Below, piece after piece: positions 36,277 to 48,061 of a DNA stretch of 64,000 bases (positions are counted from its first letter, which is position 1; each line of letters starts with the position of its first letter). The notes beneath the pieces are model-generated. The model ran no database searches. It was not told where the DNA came from and worked only from the letters and a program-made list of their open reading frames with translations. Origin of the DNA: Vairimorpha necatrix (taxonomy: Eukaryota); the NCBI GenBank assembly GCA_036630325.1, contig CP142735.1:434001-498000 (forward strand), written 5' to 3'. A program made the position numbers and the translations under genes.

Positions 36277-37669
36277 TTATTCATTACCAAGCAACCTTAG
36301 ATCTTGAGTACTTATTTCTTCTATTTTTATGTCATTATCATCTTCTTTGCATAATTTTACATTATTAAATTGTATTATGTCTGATACAATATAGACCTCA
36401 GCATCTAAATGTTCATATAGAGAATGTTTTCTGGTATTGACGTTGTTGTACAAGTAAGGTCTTATAAGGACTCTATCTCCTATTTTAAATTTTAAGAAAT
36501 CATTTCTCCACATACTTCTTTGTACCATTCTATCTGCAGCAGTTTGTGTATAAATTCTAGCTCCTTCATAATAAATTTCATTTAAAAAAAGGTTTGTGTT
36601 ATTAAGAGCATATAGTTGCTGTATTTCTTCATTGGTGTTGCAATCTAGAACATCTGATGAACTTTCTTCGGCGCGTCCTTCGTTCTTTTTTTCTTGTTCG
36701 TGATTTTCGCTATTAAACGAATCTAGAATACCCGTGATTCCAGACTCGCCCATTATGTCTCTAATGGGTCTACCAAACATTAAAGAGAATGGTGTTTGTC
36801 TCGTAGTAGAGCGTCTTAAATTATTATATGACCAGGTAACTTCTTCACGTACTTTGGTCCATTGACCCAAAATATTTTTTGTCCTGAGAGTAGATGCAAT
36901 CATCCACTTTATTGTTTGATTGTATCGTTCTATTTGTCCTATAATCCATGGACATCTAGCTCTCCCCCTTACATGTCTTATTTCATATTTCTGACATAAA
37001 TCGACGAGTGTTTGATTTACGAATTCTCTACCGTTAATCGTACAAAGTATATAACAAGAACCAAACGTTCTAAACAACATTTCAAGGGCATTCCCTACAC
37101 TAATGCCTATTTTGTCAAGCAGTACTACCGTTCGACAAAACTTGGTAAAAGAATCTACAATATTTAATAACCATTTATATCCTTCATTGAGTTCGTGATA
37201 TAGCCGGCGATCAATCAAGTCGGCAACATATCTTTCCCTTGGATACTTTGCTACAATTGGTCTCATAACTGGTCTAGCTACTAAAATTCTCTTTGGTTGA
37301 CATATATCACAGCTATTCAAGGCCCTCTGGATATCTTTTTGTGTTGCGTCGTAGACTTTTGTTTGCAAAAATGGAAACAATTTGTCCCGTCCCGCATGCC
37401 CATTTAAGATATGGATCAATTTTATATAATCGATTTTGAATCGTTGCTCGTTGGTGGTAAAGAATCTTTATGATCTATATAGATCTACTTTGAATATCAC
37501 CGTGAGCTCTGTGATACCGTCAATTACATCCTCAAAAAGGATAAATTTTTGTGATTTTTTCCTGAAAGCATCTCTTTCTTGTTTTTCTACCAACCTTGTT
37601 GGAACAATACCAGTCTGTAAAAAAGACAACCCCTTCTTGCCTTTCATTGTTATTCAATTTTATTTTCAT
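36277..37669 (-). pseudogene. Ginger-like integrase (HHCC, rve core, SH3-like tail)
   Basis: H..GH..CDICQ, ADLID and GQIERYN motifs. Second catalytic D is altered (TINGREF). 5' part has a frameshift and a stop. Confidence 0.85.
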
Positions 37670-38061
37670 GCCTTTGAAATATAAGAAATTTTAAATACAA
37701 ATTTACAACAATTTTTTTTTACCTTTTTTAATTACGCATTCCCCCTGGCGTCCGCTCCGAAGGGGTATTTTTTTTTTATTTTTTACCCTTCTCAAGTAGG
37801 CATTTCCCCCGGCGTCCGCTTCGAACGGTGACATTTATTTTTTGGATTTAATGAAGGAAATAAAGAACCAAGATGAATATGATCACCTCGAAAAATACTC
37901 AAGAGACAAGATAAATCCTATGTGTTAACGTTTAAAATTCGCCCATAGAGAAAATCCAAAATTTTATTAGTGGATAACATTCTTTTTAATTTGGTAAATG
38001 GTGACACAAATATGTATTAATAGGAACCTGGTTAAATCTATAAAAATATAATACCTTTCAC

Positions 38062-39187
38062 GACGCTCCTGAAATTCAAAATCACGGGCTAAAAAAATTT
38101 GCGAACTTGCTTTATAAATGCTCTACAAAAAAAAAGTCAAAATGACAGGGGGTTGAATTTACGGAATGCGATTTTTTAATTTTATTTTTTTTTACTTCTA
38201 ATGCAAGTACGGAATTTATAAAGCATAATCTTTGTTGGAGAGAAGACTGTCATGAAGTACTTAAAGTCTCTAAACTTCTACAGAAAAACTGTAAAGCGTG
38301 ACTGGGGTTGTTTTATGTACCAGATCAAGTCTAAAAATTACTTAAAAATCTGCCTTTATTGCACATGTTGGGCTAAATAATAATTATTTATAGCCTTTAT
38401 TCTAGAATAAATGTTTAGCACAAATTGCTGCAAAAAATAAAAAGTAACAAAAATGTAATTTTCTCCAAAAGCCCCGAATGGTTAAACATAAACAACTTAG
38501 AGTGTTGTATTGTTTGATATTGAAAATGAACAAACTTGTGGTCTTAGTAACATGTGAGGTCTTTGGGCCACATAGTTTTTTTTAGGGGTTGTCCTTGAAA
38601 AAATAAAAAATGAAATAAATACATTTTTTGCAAAATAGGTGAATAGCGAAAACTATTCAGGCGAAAAAGAGCAATTGTAGAGGTCGTATAATTACTTATC
38701 CTACTATAGAGGAAGATGATATACCCGCAACGACATGGTTGGCGGAGGTATATAAAATGAATGAAATGCTGTTTTCTAAAAATTGTTCCCATCGGGACCG
38801 CAGCTGTAATGCTAGATTTCTTAAGAAGTATGTTCGCGAGTAAACGATAATATAAACTGATGTTTTTGCACCTTACCGTTCTGCTGTTCGCGACTTCGGA
38901 TTTGTTCATTAAGTTGTTGATTAAAGTTTTGGTTTCATTAATGAATATAGACATCATACTAATAAAATTATGAATATTTGGGTTCATTTAAAAACTGAAT
39001 TAATAACAAGAAGAGAACTAAGAAGGAAAATATGGAAGATTTTATATATGAGGTTAAATTTAGAAATTAATATTTAAAAAAAATCGATACGTCTTCAGAA
39101 ACTTTTAAAATTTTTTTTTGTTAAAATATATGGATTGATTTTTTTTAAATATATTTAGCCCCTGTGATTTCAAATTAAAGTAGCGCC
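38062..39187 (+). mobile_element. Degraded Merlin element
   Basis: Imperfect TIRs (..AAATCAC(A)GG(G)GCTAAA) and eroded QIDE/WLVGG/VPNR/TD-like motifs. Confidence 0.6.
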
Positions 39188-39199
39188 CAATTCGCTTTA

Positions 39200-39790
39200 T
39201 GGGCTTTATAATTCTGGTCAGAACCGACTCTACAAGAAGTGAAGAACTATGCTGCTTTATAACCGCAAATGTAATAAAGGGGTTTGCTGTGAAAGCAATT
39301 TATGTATGCAAACACAACACCGTAAAGCAAAAGGAAGTTTAGACCTCGTCACTAAAAAACTCTTTGTTTGATTTATCATGTATTTGTCGATATAAAACTT
39401 TATTGGATAAATGATGTTTCTAATTAATGTTTACATTATATGATTTTTTATAAATATGATTATATCTGATCTTGAAACTAAAGCCGCCGTTGAAGTCGTA
39501 CCACAGTATAAATATAAATTTCAAGCGTTATTTTATCCAGCTATACTTTAATGTGATAACGGCAAAGAGTTTATGAATAAAATATTAAATATGATTTGTA
39601 ATAAAATAATATTTGCGAATTCGTTTTGGATTTTGCAGTTTCCATAGTCCGGATTAAGCCAAGAGATCTAATCAAATTCTTACTCGTTTCTGACAGAAAA
39701 TGCTTTACTAAAGTCATTGTAATAATAGGAACTGGTTAGCAGTTTTAAACGAGTTATTTACGATTATAGCCCTACTGCGCCATTTTACAA
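39200..39790 (+). pseudogene. Integrase relic (Ginger- or Gypsy-type)
   Basis: CDNGKEFMN at ~39552 and K.A.EV upstream. Confidence 0.55.
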
Positions 39791-40012
39791 CGAAATATTT
39801 TGACAATTACTAGCGTGGATGCCTTGGATACAACATATGTTTAAGATATGATGACGATGATTCTATTGACGTGTAAGAAACAATTTTCAAAGACGATGCC
39901 GCGTAAAAATGCATGAAACGATTAAAGATCCTACATAGAATGGACAGGAAAATGTTCATATCCATATCTAATTTATCTATGGAGATTAAGTGGTCGTAAA
40001 AAAAATTGACAC

Positions 40013-43000
40013 TGTCGTTAAATCGTTTATTAATATTTTCCATCCCCTCTTTTCAGCATGAATTTATATATTTTAATTGGCCAATCATCTTGCGACAATT
40101 GTATCATATTTTGTGGCCCCTGTACTGGTCACGACACTCCCTCATCTAATTTGAGAAGTATCCTGTTTTATATGACATTTATTTACCCTTAATTCCACGT
40201 TGTTATCTGTTCTTTTTACCATATATGCATCTTCGCTGATTATTTCGGATATCTTATAACCGTGTGTCCATTTGGAACTTAATTTATCTTTGCCTGGGAT
40301 ATCTCTAAATATGATCACACGTTCCCGATATTAAATTTTGTTTTTACTCTTTATGTCCCTTGACTATGCTTTTTTTGTATTTAATAAAATTTTTATCTCT
40401 CTTTTCTACAAAGTATTGTTTTGAATACATTTTCGGCTTGATATTTACTCTCTCATCTATTTCTGTCATTAGTTGGTGTCCATGTTTCATTATAAATGAA
40501 GATGTTCCTATTGCGCGGTTGAATGACAAATTAACCGCTAGTGTAGCTTCCTTTAAAAAAAACACCAATTTAATTCTCCAAAGCAAGACAACCTTCTTAT
40601 TACGTTTTTAAGAGTCTGGTTTACTCGTTCCACTGCTCCTGTTGTTTGGTGATGGTATGGAGACCCGAATTCCCACTTGATATTATATTTATTTTGAAGT
40701 AATAGCACTTCTTTATTGTTGAACTCTAACCCATTGTCCGTCAAAATTGTATCAGGAATTCCATATTTTTTTATAATTAGTTCTTCTATAGCTTTGTAAA
40801 TTTCGTGCCCTGTTTTATTTTTGATTATTTTGGTTTCTATCCATTTCGTGTAATGATCTATCGCTACGAAAACATATTTTGAACCTGAAGTTTCATACAT
40901 TCTGCCCATTAAATCAATTTCATACACTTCGTTTGGCTTATCTGTGCAGATTACCTTATTTTTTGTTTTGACCTTTGGTCCTCCTGCTCTTAGACAGATA
41001 CTACATTTTGAGCAAAATTTTTCTATATCCTTATACATTCCTTTCCAATTGTAGTTTCGGGAAATCATAAACTTCATTGTGTTAACTGACCCATGTCCGG
41101 AAATCCTATGATATTCTGTTATTATGTCCTCTTTATCTTTGTTGTCCAGTTCTTCGGCGTTAATGTTATTTATTTCTTCACTCTTATAAAACCTACTAAA
41201 TCCATTGGCAATGTTGTTTTCCCCTTTTATATGTTTCAATTCAAAGTTGTATTCTGCGAGTTTTAAGGACCAACTGAGCAGCCTACTAGAAGGGTCTTTT
41301 GTGCTCATTAAGTATATGAGAGCTTTGTGGTCCATTCTAAATTTAAATTTCCTTCCTAATAAGTAATGTCTAAAGTGGTTAATTCCTTTAACCAAGGCTA
41401 GTAATTCTTTATCCGTCACTGAATAATTTTTTTGACAGTTATCTAATCTTTTACTAAACGCGGATATCATTTTCTCTTCTCCATGATCGTTCTCCTGTAG
41501 TAACACTGCTCCAATACCCGAGTCCGAGGCATCTGTCATAAGTATAAAATCCTTTTTAAAGTTCGGTTGAGTTCGTACAGTATTTTTTTCCATTTGGCGT
41601 TTAGTTCTATTAAAAGCAGGCAATTGATCTTCCGTAAGTGTGATTTTTTTACTTGGGTTTTATCTCTTCCCTCTAAGTATGTCATATAATGGACTTGTAA
41701 GCGATTCTATCTCCTTCACAAAGTCTCTACAATAATTAACTGCTCCCAAGAAACCTCTGAGCTCTTTAATAGACGTGGGAATTGGGTAAGTTCGAATGTG
41801 GCTAATTTTATCTGGGTCTACTTTAATGCATCCATTTCCAGTAATATTTCCTAATATTTTGATTTCATTCTTGTAAAATTTACATTTTTTAAGTTTAATG
41901 ATAATCCTGAAGCTCTTATTTTTCCTAATACTATTTTTACGTGTACGTTGTGTTCTGCTTTCGTTCTGGAGTATATTATAATATCATCTAAGTATGGTAT
42001 TACAAATTTTCTGTTTTCCATTCTAAAAATATTGTCCATGGCTCTTTGGAAGGTGGCAGGAGCATTGCATAGACCGAAGGGCATTCTGTTATATTCATAA
42101 AGTCTTCCTTTAAATGAGAACGCTGTCTTCTTTTTATCTTCTTCCTCCATAAGCAATTGTTGGAATCCACACGTAACGTCTAACACAGTGAAAATCGATG
42201 CCCCCGCAACGCGGTCAAAAATCTCGTCGATCCTTGGAGACATATATGAGTCCTTAATAGTGATTGCATTTAATCCTCTGTAATCTATGCACATCCTCCA
42301 AGTTTTGTCTGGCTTCGGGACCATTACTATCCTGCTACACCATGGGCTTTTACTATCCCTTATTATTCCTAACTTTAACAATTTATTTATTTCAATTTCT
42401 ATTATTTCCTCCTGTGCAATAGGGATTCTGCCATTTCTCTGACAGATTATCTTATTACTATTTGTTTGCACGCCATGTTTTCCCGCAGTACAAAGATTAA
42501 TTTAGCTTATCTCTGTTTTAAATAAATCCTTATATTCTTCCTTAAAAAGAGCCCCATTCGCCTCTATAACGGTTACGGCTTGTTTTTCATGTCCTGATTT
42601 AAATGTTCTGATTAATTCAATAATTAACTCTGTGTTTTTTTTGATAACCTCTGACCCTAAAATTATATATTTTGTATTTTTCATTATAAGAGGAGAAAAC
42701 GTAATATCTCTACCATTTATCCTGACAAAACAGTTTTTTTATTTGGCCTATTATGTTTAAGGGTTGACTTCCCGCGCCTTTAACGACTCCCGAGTAATTT
42801 AATATCTGTTTATATAAATGTGATGGTATGTCTTTTTGGTCTATTATCGAGACGTCTGCTCCCGTGTCTAAAAGAATTTTCCTTTTATTATTATATAGAA
42901 TACCTTCAAGAAAAAATGGGTTACTTCGGTCTATGACCCTAAACAAGTAATTAAAACTTTCTTTATTGTCCAAATCGTAATTATCTTTTCCGATTTGTTC

Positions 43001-43888
43001 CTCATTAATATTAACCTTCTTTGTCGAAATTCTTTTACGTTCATTTTCTAACATTTCAGTGAGTCTCAAACATTCTTTTGTGTAATGAGATCCTTCCCCA
43101 TGTTACATGCAATATTTGCGGTTGTTTAGTCCTCTGCCGTAATTTCCGCTGGAATTTGGCCCTCTGCCGTAATTTTCCCTGGAATTTGGCCCTCTGCCAA
43201 AATTTCCATTGTTTTTTATAGTTCTATCTGGTCTTACCTCGACCCTTAATAGAATTTTATCTGGATATGGTATCCATGCCATTTCTTCAGCTCTCTAAAT
43301 GAAATCTTCTCATGTTTCCACATTAGAAGCTGCCTGGGATAGTATGAGCTTTAATTTCTATAGCGATTTGTTTATTACCATCTGGCATAAAGCTGGAAAG
43401 TTAATTAAGTGTCTTTCAAATATAATTGTTGCTTCATACAACATCTTTGAATATTCCTCCCTGGTCTCGGGCGTCGGGTTTTCCAAAAATCTGCTAAGAG
43501 TAATATCATTATTTTTATTAGATCCAAACCTTTTTTTCATCATAGAAATCAGTTCTTGTAGTCCAATGGTGCCAATTTCCCCTCCTAAAACTTGTGAAAC
43601 CCAAGACAAGGCCGTTCCTTTCATCTTCCATACAAAAGCCTTCACCAGATCTTTTTCAGAATATTCTGCCACTTCACCCAAGATCATCATATCTCTTATC
43701 CAGATATTTATATCCTCTTCTGGTTCCCCTGCAAAATAGTTAACGTTGTTGGTCATTGTCGCCATGTCGTTAAATCGTTTATTAATATTTTCCATCCCCT
43801 CTTTCCAGCATGAATTTATATATTTTAATTGGCCAATCATCTTGCGACAATTGTATCATATTTTGTGGCCCCTGTACTGGCCACGACA
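40013..43888 (-). mobile_element. Defective Ty3/Gypsy element F, related to E
   Basis: 124-bp LTRs 40013-40136 and 43765-43888 (2 mismatches), flanks GACAC/GATAC, PBS TGGCGACAATG. Fragmented gag-pol closely similar to E. Confidence 0.94.
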
Positions 43889-44360
43889 GATACTATTATA
43901 AAAAACAAAAAAAAATAAAGTAAAGCTTTTTATTATATGCCTTTTGAAATGGTAGGAATTTAGTCAAATCCTATTAAAATTCGATGTTTTTTGACAATTA
44001 GCAGTTTAAATCAAATTGGTTACAAAAAAAACGAGTTTAGACAATTATCTTTAACAGTTATTTTGATCAATATTTATGTAAAAAATCTTATAGTTCATAC
44101 ATTGGAACTATTATTATGTATTTATTATGGTAATTGTCGTTTATTAAAAAACATTCATTATCTAACAAACTTTTATAATGATGGTGCTTATTTGTAATAA
44201 ACCATTATGGTGCAATAGTCTAAGCCCGACCCTTTTCTTTCTAAGTCCACATTAAAGGAAAACGAAAAAAACAATAAAAGGGTTAATTACAATTAATCCT
44301 TGATGATTTAAAAAAAACATTCTTTACCCCTTTATATTTTTATGAATTGCGCATCCTATT

Positions 44361-45107
44361 TGCTGAGCATAATATTTAATAAATTTAACCCTTCTTAACT
44401 TACAATTATCTTTAACATGGTAGAGAATAAAATCAACCTAAACAAAAAAATAAAAGAAGAGATTGTAAGTTGTCGAGGCATGAGATGTAAAAAAATTAAG
44501 TTTAGGTTAGAATGGGGATGGTTGGTTGTCTAACAGAATAGAAGGTGGTGGCTTGCATCAGTCGAGGACTCGGATAGGTGAAGACGTGGAGGTGCAATGA
44601 AGAGCTATCAAGAATCAGTATTGACTGAAATAAGATCTGGCATAAGATATATGCAGGTTGAGTGTAGTAGTAATCCCAATATTCGCACTTAAAGCTATTG
44701 TGGCAAGATAGCTAAACTACATGTGTTCAAAAATCCAGAGAGATTTAAAAAGAGAAGAAAATCAAAAAGAAGTTGTGTTGTAGTTGAAGAATGAGATAGA
44801 CGGATAACATCCGGTTCCATTGTTCGGAAGACATGTGTAAAGAACCCCCACATGCCCATAGACTTTGAGCACTTTAATAGGGAAAGAAGTACCGTAAAGA
44901 CTAATACAAGAAGGGGTAGTAAGAAGCGAAAGAGTAAAGCGCAGCCCATGGTCAATTAACTTAAAAAAATGCATTTTATTTGAAAGCCAAGTGGTACGCG
45001 TAGGGAGTAGTAAAGATAATTACATCACTCAGTTCTAAATTTAGCGCAGAGATGTTGAGAATATATATTGAATGAAATTAACCCTTAACTTACAATTATC
45101 TTTAACA
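44361..45107 (+). mobile_element. 747-bp TRIM-like non-autonomous LTR element
   Basis: 57/55-bp direct repeats 44361-44417 and 45053-45107, perfect TSD CTATT, PBS TGGTAGAGAAT, no recognisable pol. Confidence 0.8.
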
Positions 45108-46081
45108 CTATTATTTAAAAGCGACTTATAAAAATTCAAAAAACGGAAGGTTTTTATTTTGCTTTCTAAATATTTTATTCCATTTAAGATACGCCGGTCT
45201 CATTCTATATATTTTTGTCGCTTCTGTTTCGTTTTTGGTATCTTCATTGTAAATTACATTTCAATGTTTGTCGTTAATAGATTCGACTGTTTGGATAGGA
45301 ATTTTTCGCATAAGTGTGGTCTTCCACAAGTAATTCATTTTTTTGTTGTTCTTTGTTTGTTTGATCTGAACGAATTGTTTATAAACAAACAAAGAAAACA
45401 ATAAAATAAATGTTGCCCTTAGCCACACCAATAAAATACTTAGCCACAAATGAATATAGAACGAATAGGAACGAGAAACGAACCAACAAGAGGAAAAATT
45501 GTAAATAAAAACATTAGTATAAACGACCACGACAACGTGCTTGGGCATTTTTACCAGTATGGCTACGTCAACCAGGAATTCAAACCTTTTCTCTATGTAA
45601 TTCTATAAAAATTGGATCATCTAAGGCAGGGGTCGGCAACCTTTTTGAAAAAAAAATTCAAAATGGGCAATTTCAAAATCTTAAAACGAAAAACGGGCGC
45701 AAGCTCAAAAAAATATCTAAGAAAAATAAAATAAATGCTCTGGAAATTTTTTTAAAAAAAACATTTCGTAGCGAATAATACAATTATGATTTTTTCCAGT
45801 ATTTACAAAGAATGCAACTTTAAACAAGTTTTAATTTTTTATATTAAAACGAAAATTATAATTAAATATATTTACAAGAGTTTTCTTAAGTGATTAAAAG
45901 AATCGAAAAAAAAAATAAATTTAATGGTTTTATATAGATTTAATAGACATTGTTTTGACAAGAATGCGAAGCAAATTTCATCATAATTACTTTAAAGAGG
46001 TTTAAATTTTGTTTTCGATTAAATCTCGAAGAAATAATAAAAATTAACTACGTGTAGAGAAATACTTAGAAACAATACTTT

Positions 46082-47924
46082 TTAATGAGATACTTGATTT
46101 TGCATGTCATCTGCAATTTAGTCATAATTAATGATATAAGATGAATTGGCAGCTCTTAAACAGATATCTAAATGTTTGTCCGTAAGTTGTGTTCGATATT
46201 CGAATTTAAATACGTCATATTCGAAAAAAGAGCTTCACAATTATATGTGGTAACACAATATTAAATATTTTGAGTGCACATTTTCTTAAAATAGGAAAAC
46301 TATTATCTGAAACCAATTTCCAAAAGTCCTTGTCTAAATAATGATATTTTAAAACTATATCATTCTTCAAATTAACTATTTCAATTTCTAAGTCGTCCAT
46401 GTTAACTATATGAAAAAAATTAGAAATTTTTACTGGTAAATCATAATCAAAACATTAAAAGGTTTGCAAAAAATGGAATTATTTCCTCTAATGATCAAAA
46501 ATCATGAAATCTTTTAGAAAACTCAATCAGTAATAAATCTATTGCGCCTATGTACGATGTATGATCGAATTCATGAATACTTAAACTTATTTTTTCAATT
46601 ATTAACTTAGTATTTTGAAAATGAGATAAGGATTTCTTCATTAAATGTATTTTAAAAAGTTCTAACTTATTTGCAAAAGAATTAATTAAGCTCATCATAT
46701 CTGCAATATGTGAATTCTTTTGTTGTAATTTTAAATTTAGTTCGTTAAATTTCATTGTGATATCCGCTAAAAATCCAAGATCTAATAGCCAACTTTTGTT
46801 TTCTAATTCTATATAAGTTTCATTTCTCATTGCAATAAATTCCTTTAGTTGAGGTAAAAGCTTAATAAAGCGTTCAAGAACTTTGCCTCGGCTAAGCCAT
46901 CTCACTTTTGTATGAAGAACTAAATCTTTAAAATCTGCTTTTTCTTCCTTCATAAGCAGCTTAAATAGCCTATGTTGAGTGGCTTTGGCTCTTATAGAAT
47001 TTATAATTTTAGTAACAATTAATAAAAAATGATTTAAATTAACACTTTTTGAAAATAAATCTTGTTGATGAATTATACAGTGATATGAAATAAACTTTGG
47101 AAACAAAGAATCTTTTCTACATAAATCAATAAATCCGTTTTCTTTTCCGACCATTGCTCGTGCACCATCAGTAGTAATAGAAGAAAGTTTTCGAAGTGGT
47201 ATATTTTTATCGACAATAAATTTTTTAAATAAAGAAAAAATGTCTTTTCCCGTTGTACGAGCAGTTAAAGGTAGAATTTTTAAAAATTCCTCTTTAGTTG
47301 AAAAGTCATTAAATACCATTTTTATAGAAACAATTAGTTGTGCTGTGTCAACTACATCGGTAGATTCATCAAGCTGAAAAGAGAAATACATACAATTATT
47401 TAAGTCTTTATCTAATTTTGATTTTAAATTATTAGCAATTAATTCTATTCTTCTTGATGCAGTTCTAGCTGATAACTGCAACATATTAATAGCTTTTAAA
47501 ATTTCTGTCTTGCTTTCAAAATCTTCAAAAAGAGAATCCGCCGCTGTTATCATAGCCTCTTTTATAATTTCTGCATCAGTAAAGGGTTTTTTTTTTCTTA
47601 GCCAACAGATGTGCAACTTTTAGTGAAGCTTCAGTGGCCGCCTTTGAAAGCTCTTTTGGCTTTGTAAAACATCTCTGCTGTTTTACAATTGCTGATTTTA
47701 AAGATATCAACTTACTTTTTCGCAGTTCGGACTTCAGTGGGCATTCAATATTTATATTTTCATGCAAACTATTGAAGTGTCGTTCTAAGTTACTTTTTTT
47801 GCATATTGCAATGATTTTGTTGCACAATAAACAAATGCACTTACCTTGAAATTCTAAAAAGAAAAAATCTTCATCCCATAAATTATTGAATTGATAATTT
47901 CTTCCTTTTTTTTGAAGGTTCCAT
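46082..47924 (-). pseudogene. hAT transposase, frameshifted
   Basis: BED-like C..C..NLERHF, LDESTD, TDGARAM, HCIIHQ, RWLSRG and terminal QVSH* motifs. Confidence 0.92.
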
Positions 47925-48061
47925 AAAGGGTAAAAAAATTTGTAATAAATTTTTAAAATCTATTGAATGTTGAATTAGCATTTTTTATGGCAAGATTATT
48001 GTCAAAATAATTATTAAAGAACTTTATAATTGAAATATATAAGTTTATTGTTACAATCATC

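Larger units (their letters stand above)
32204..37833 (-). mobile_element. Ginger-like DNA transposon (retroviral-type integrase, TIRs) hosting element E
   Basis: Imperfect ~30-bp TIRs TGTCAC..GTGACA, TSD TTTAT, no RT of its own; 1772 bp after removing the insert. Confidence 0.85.

Noticed and set aside
36132..36290. Signal-peptide-like N-terminal extension of the 1180 aa ORF (MVMNKVLKIWFVLYFSFF..)
   Set aside because: It lies outside or across the LTR and TSD, so it is chance read-through from the Ginger 3' region. The start comparable to element F is at 36131.
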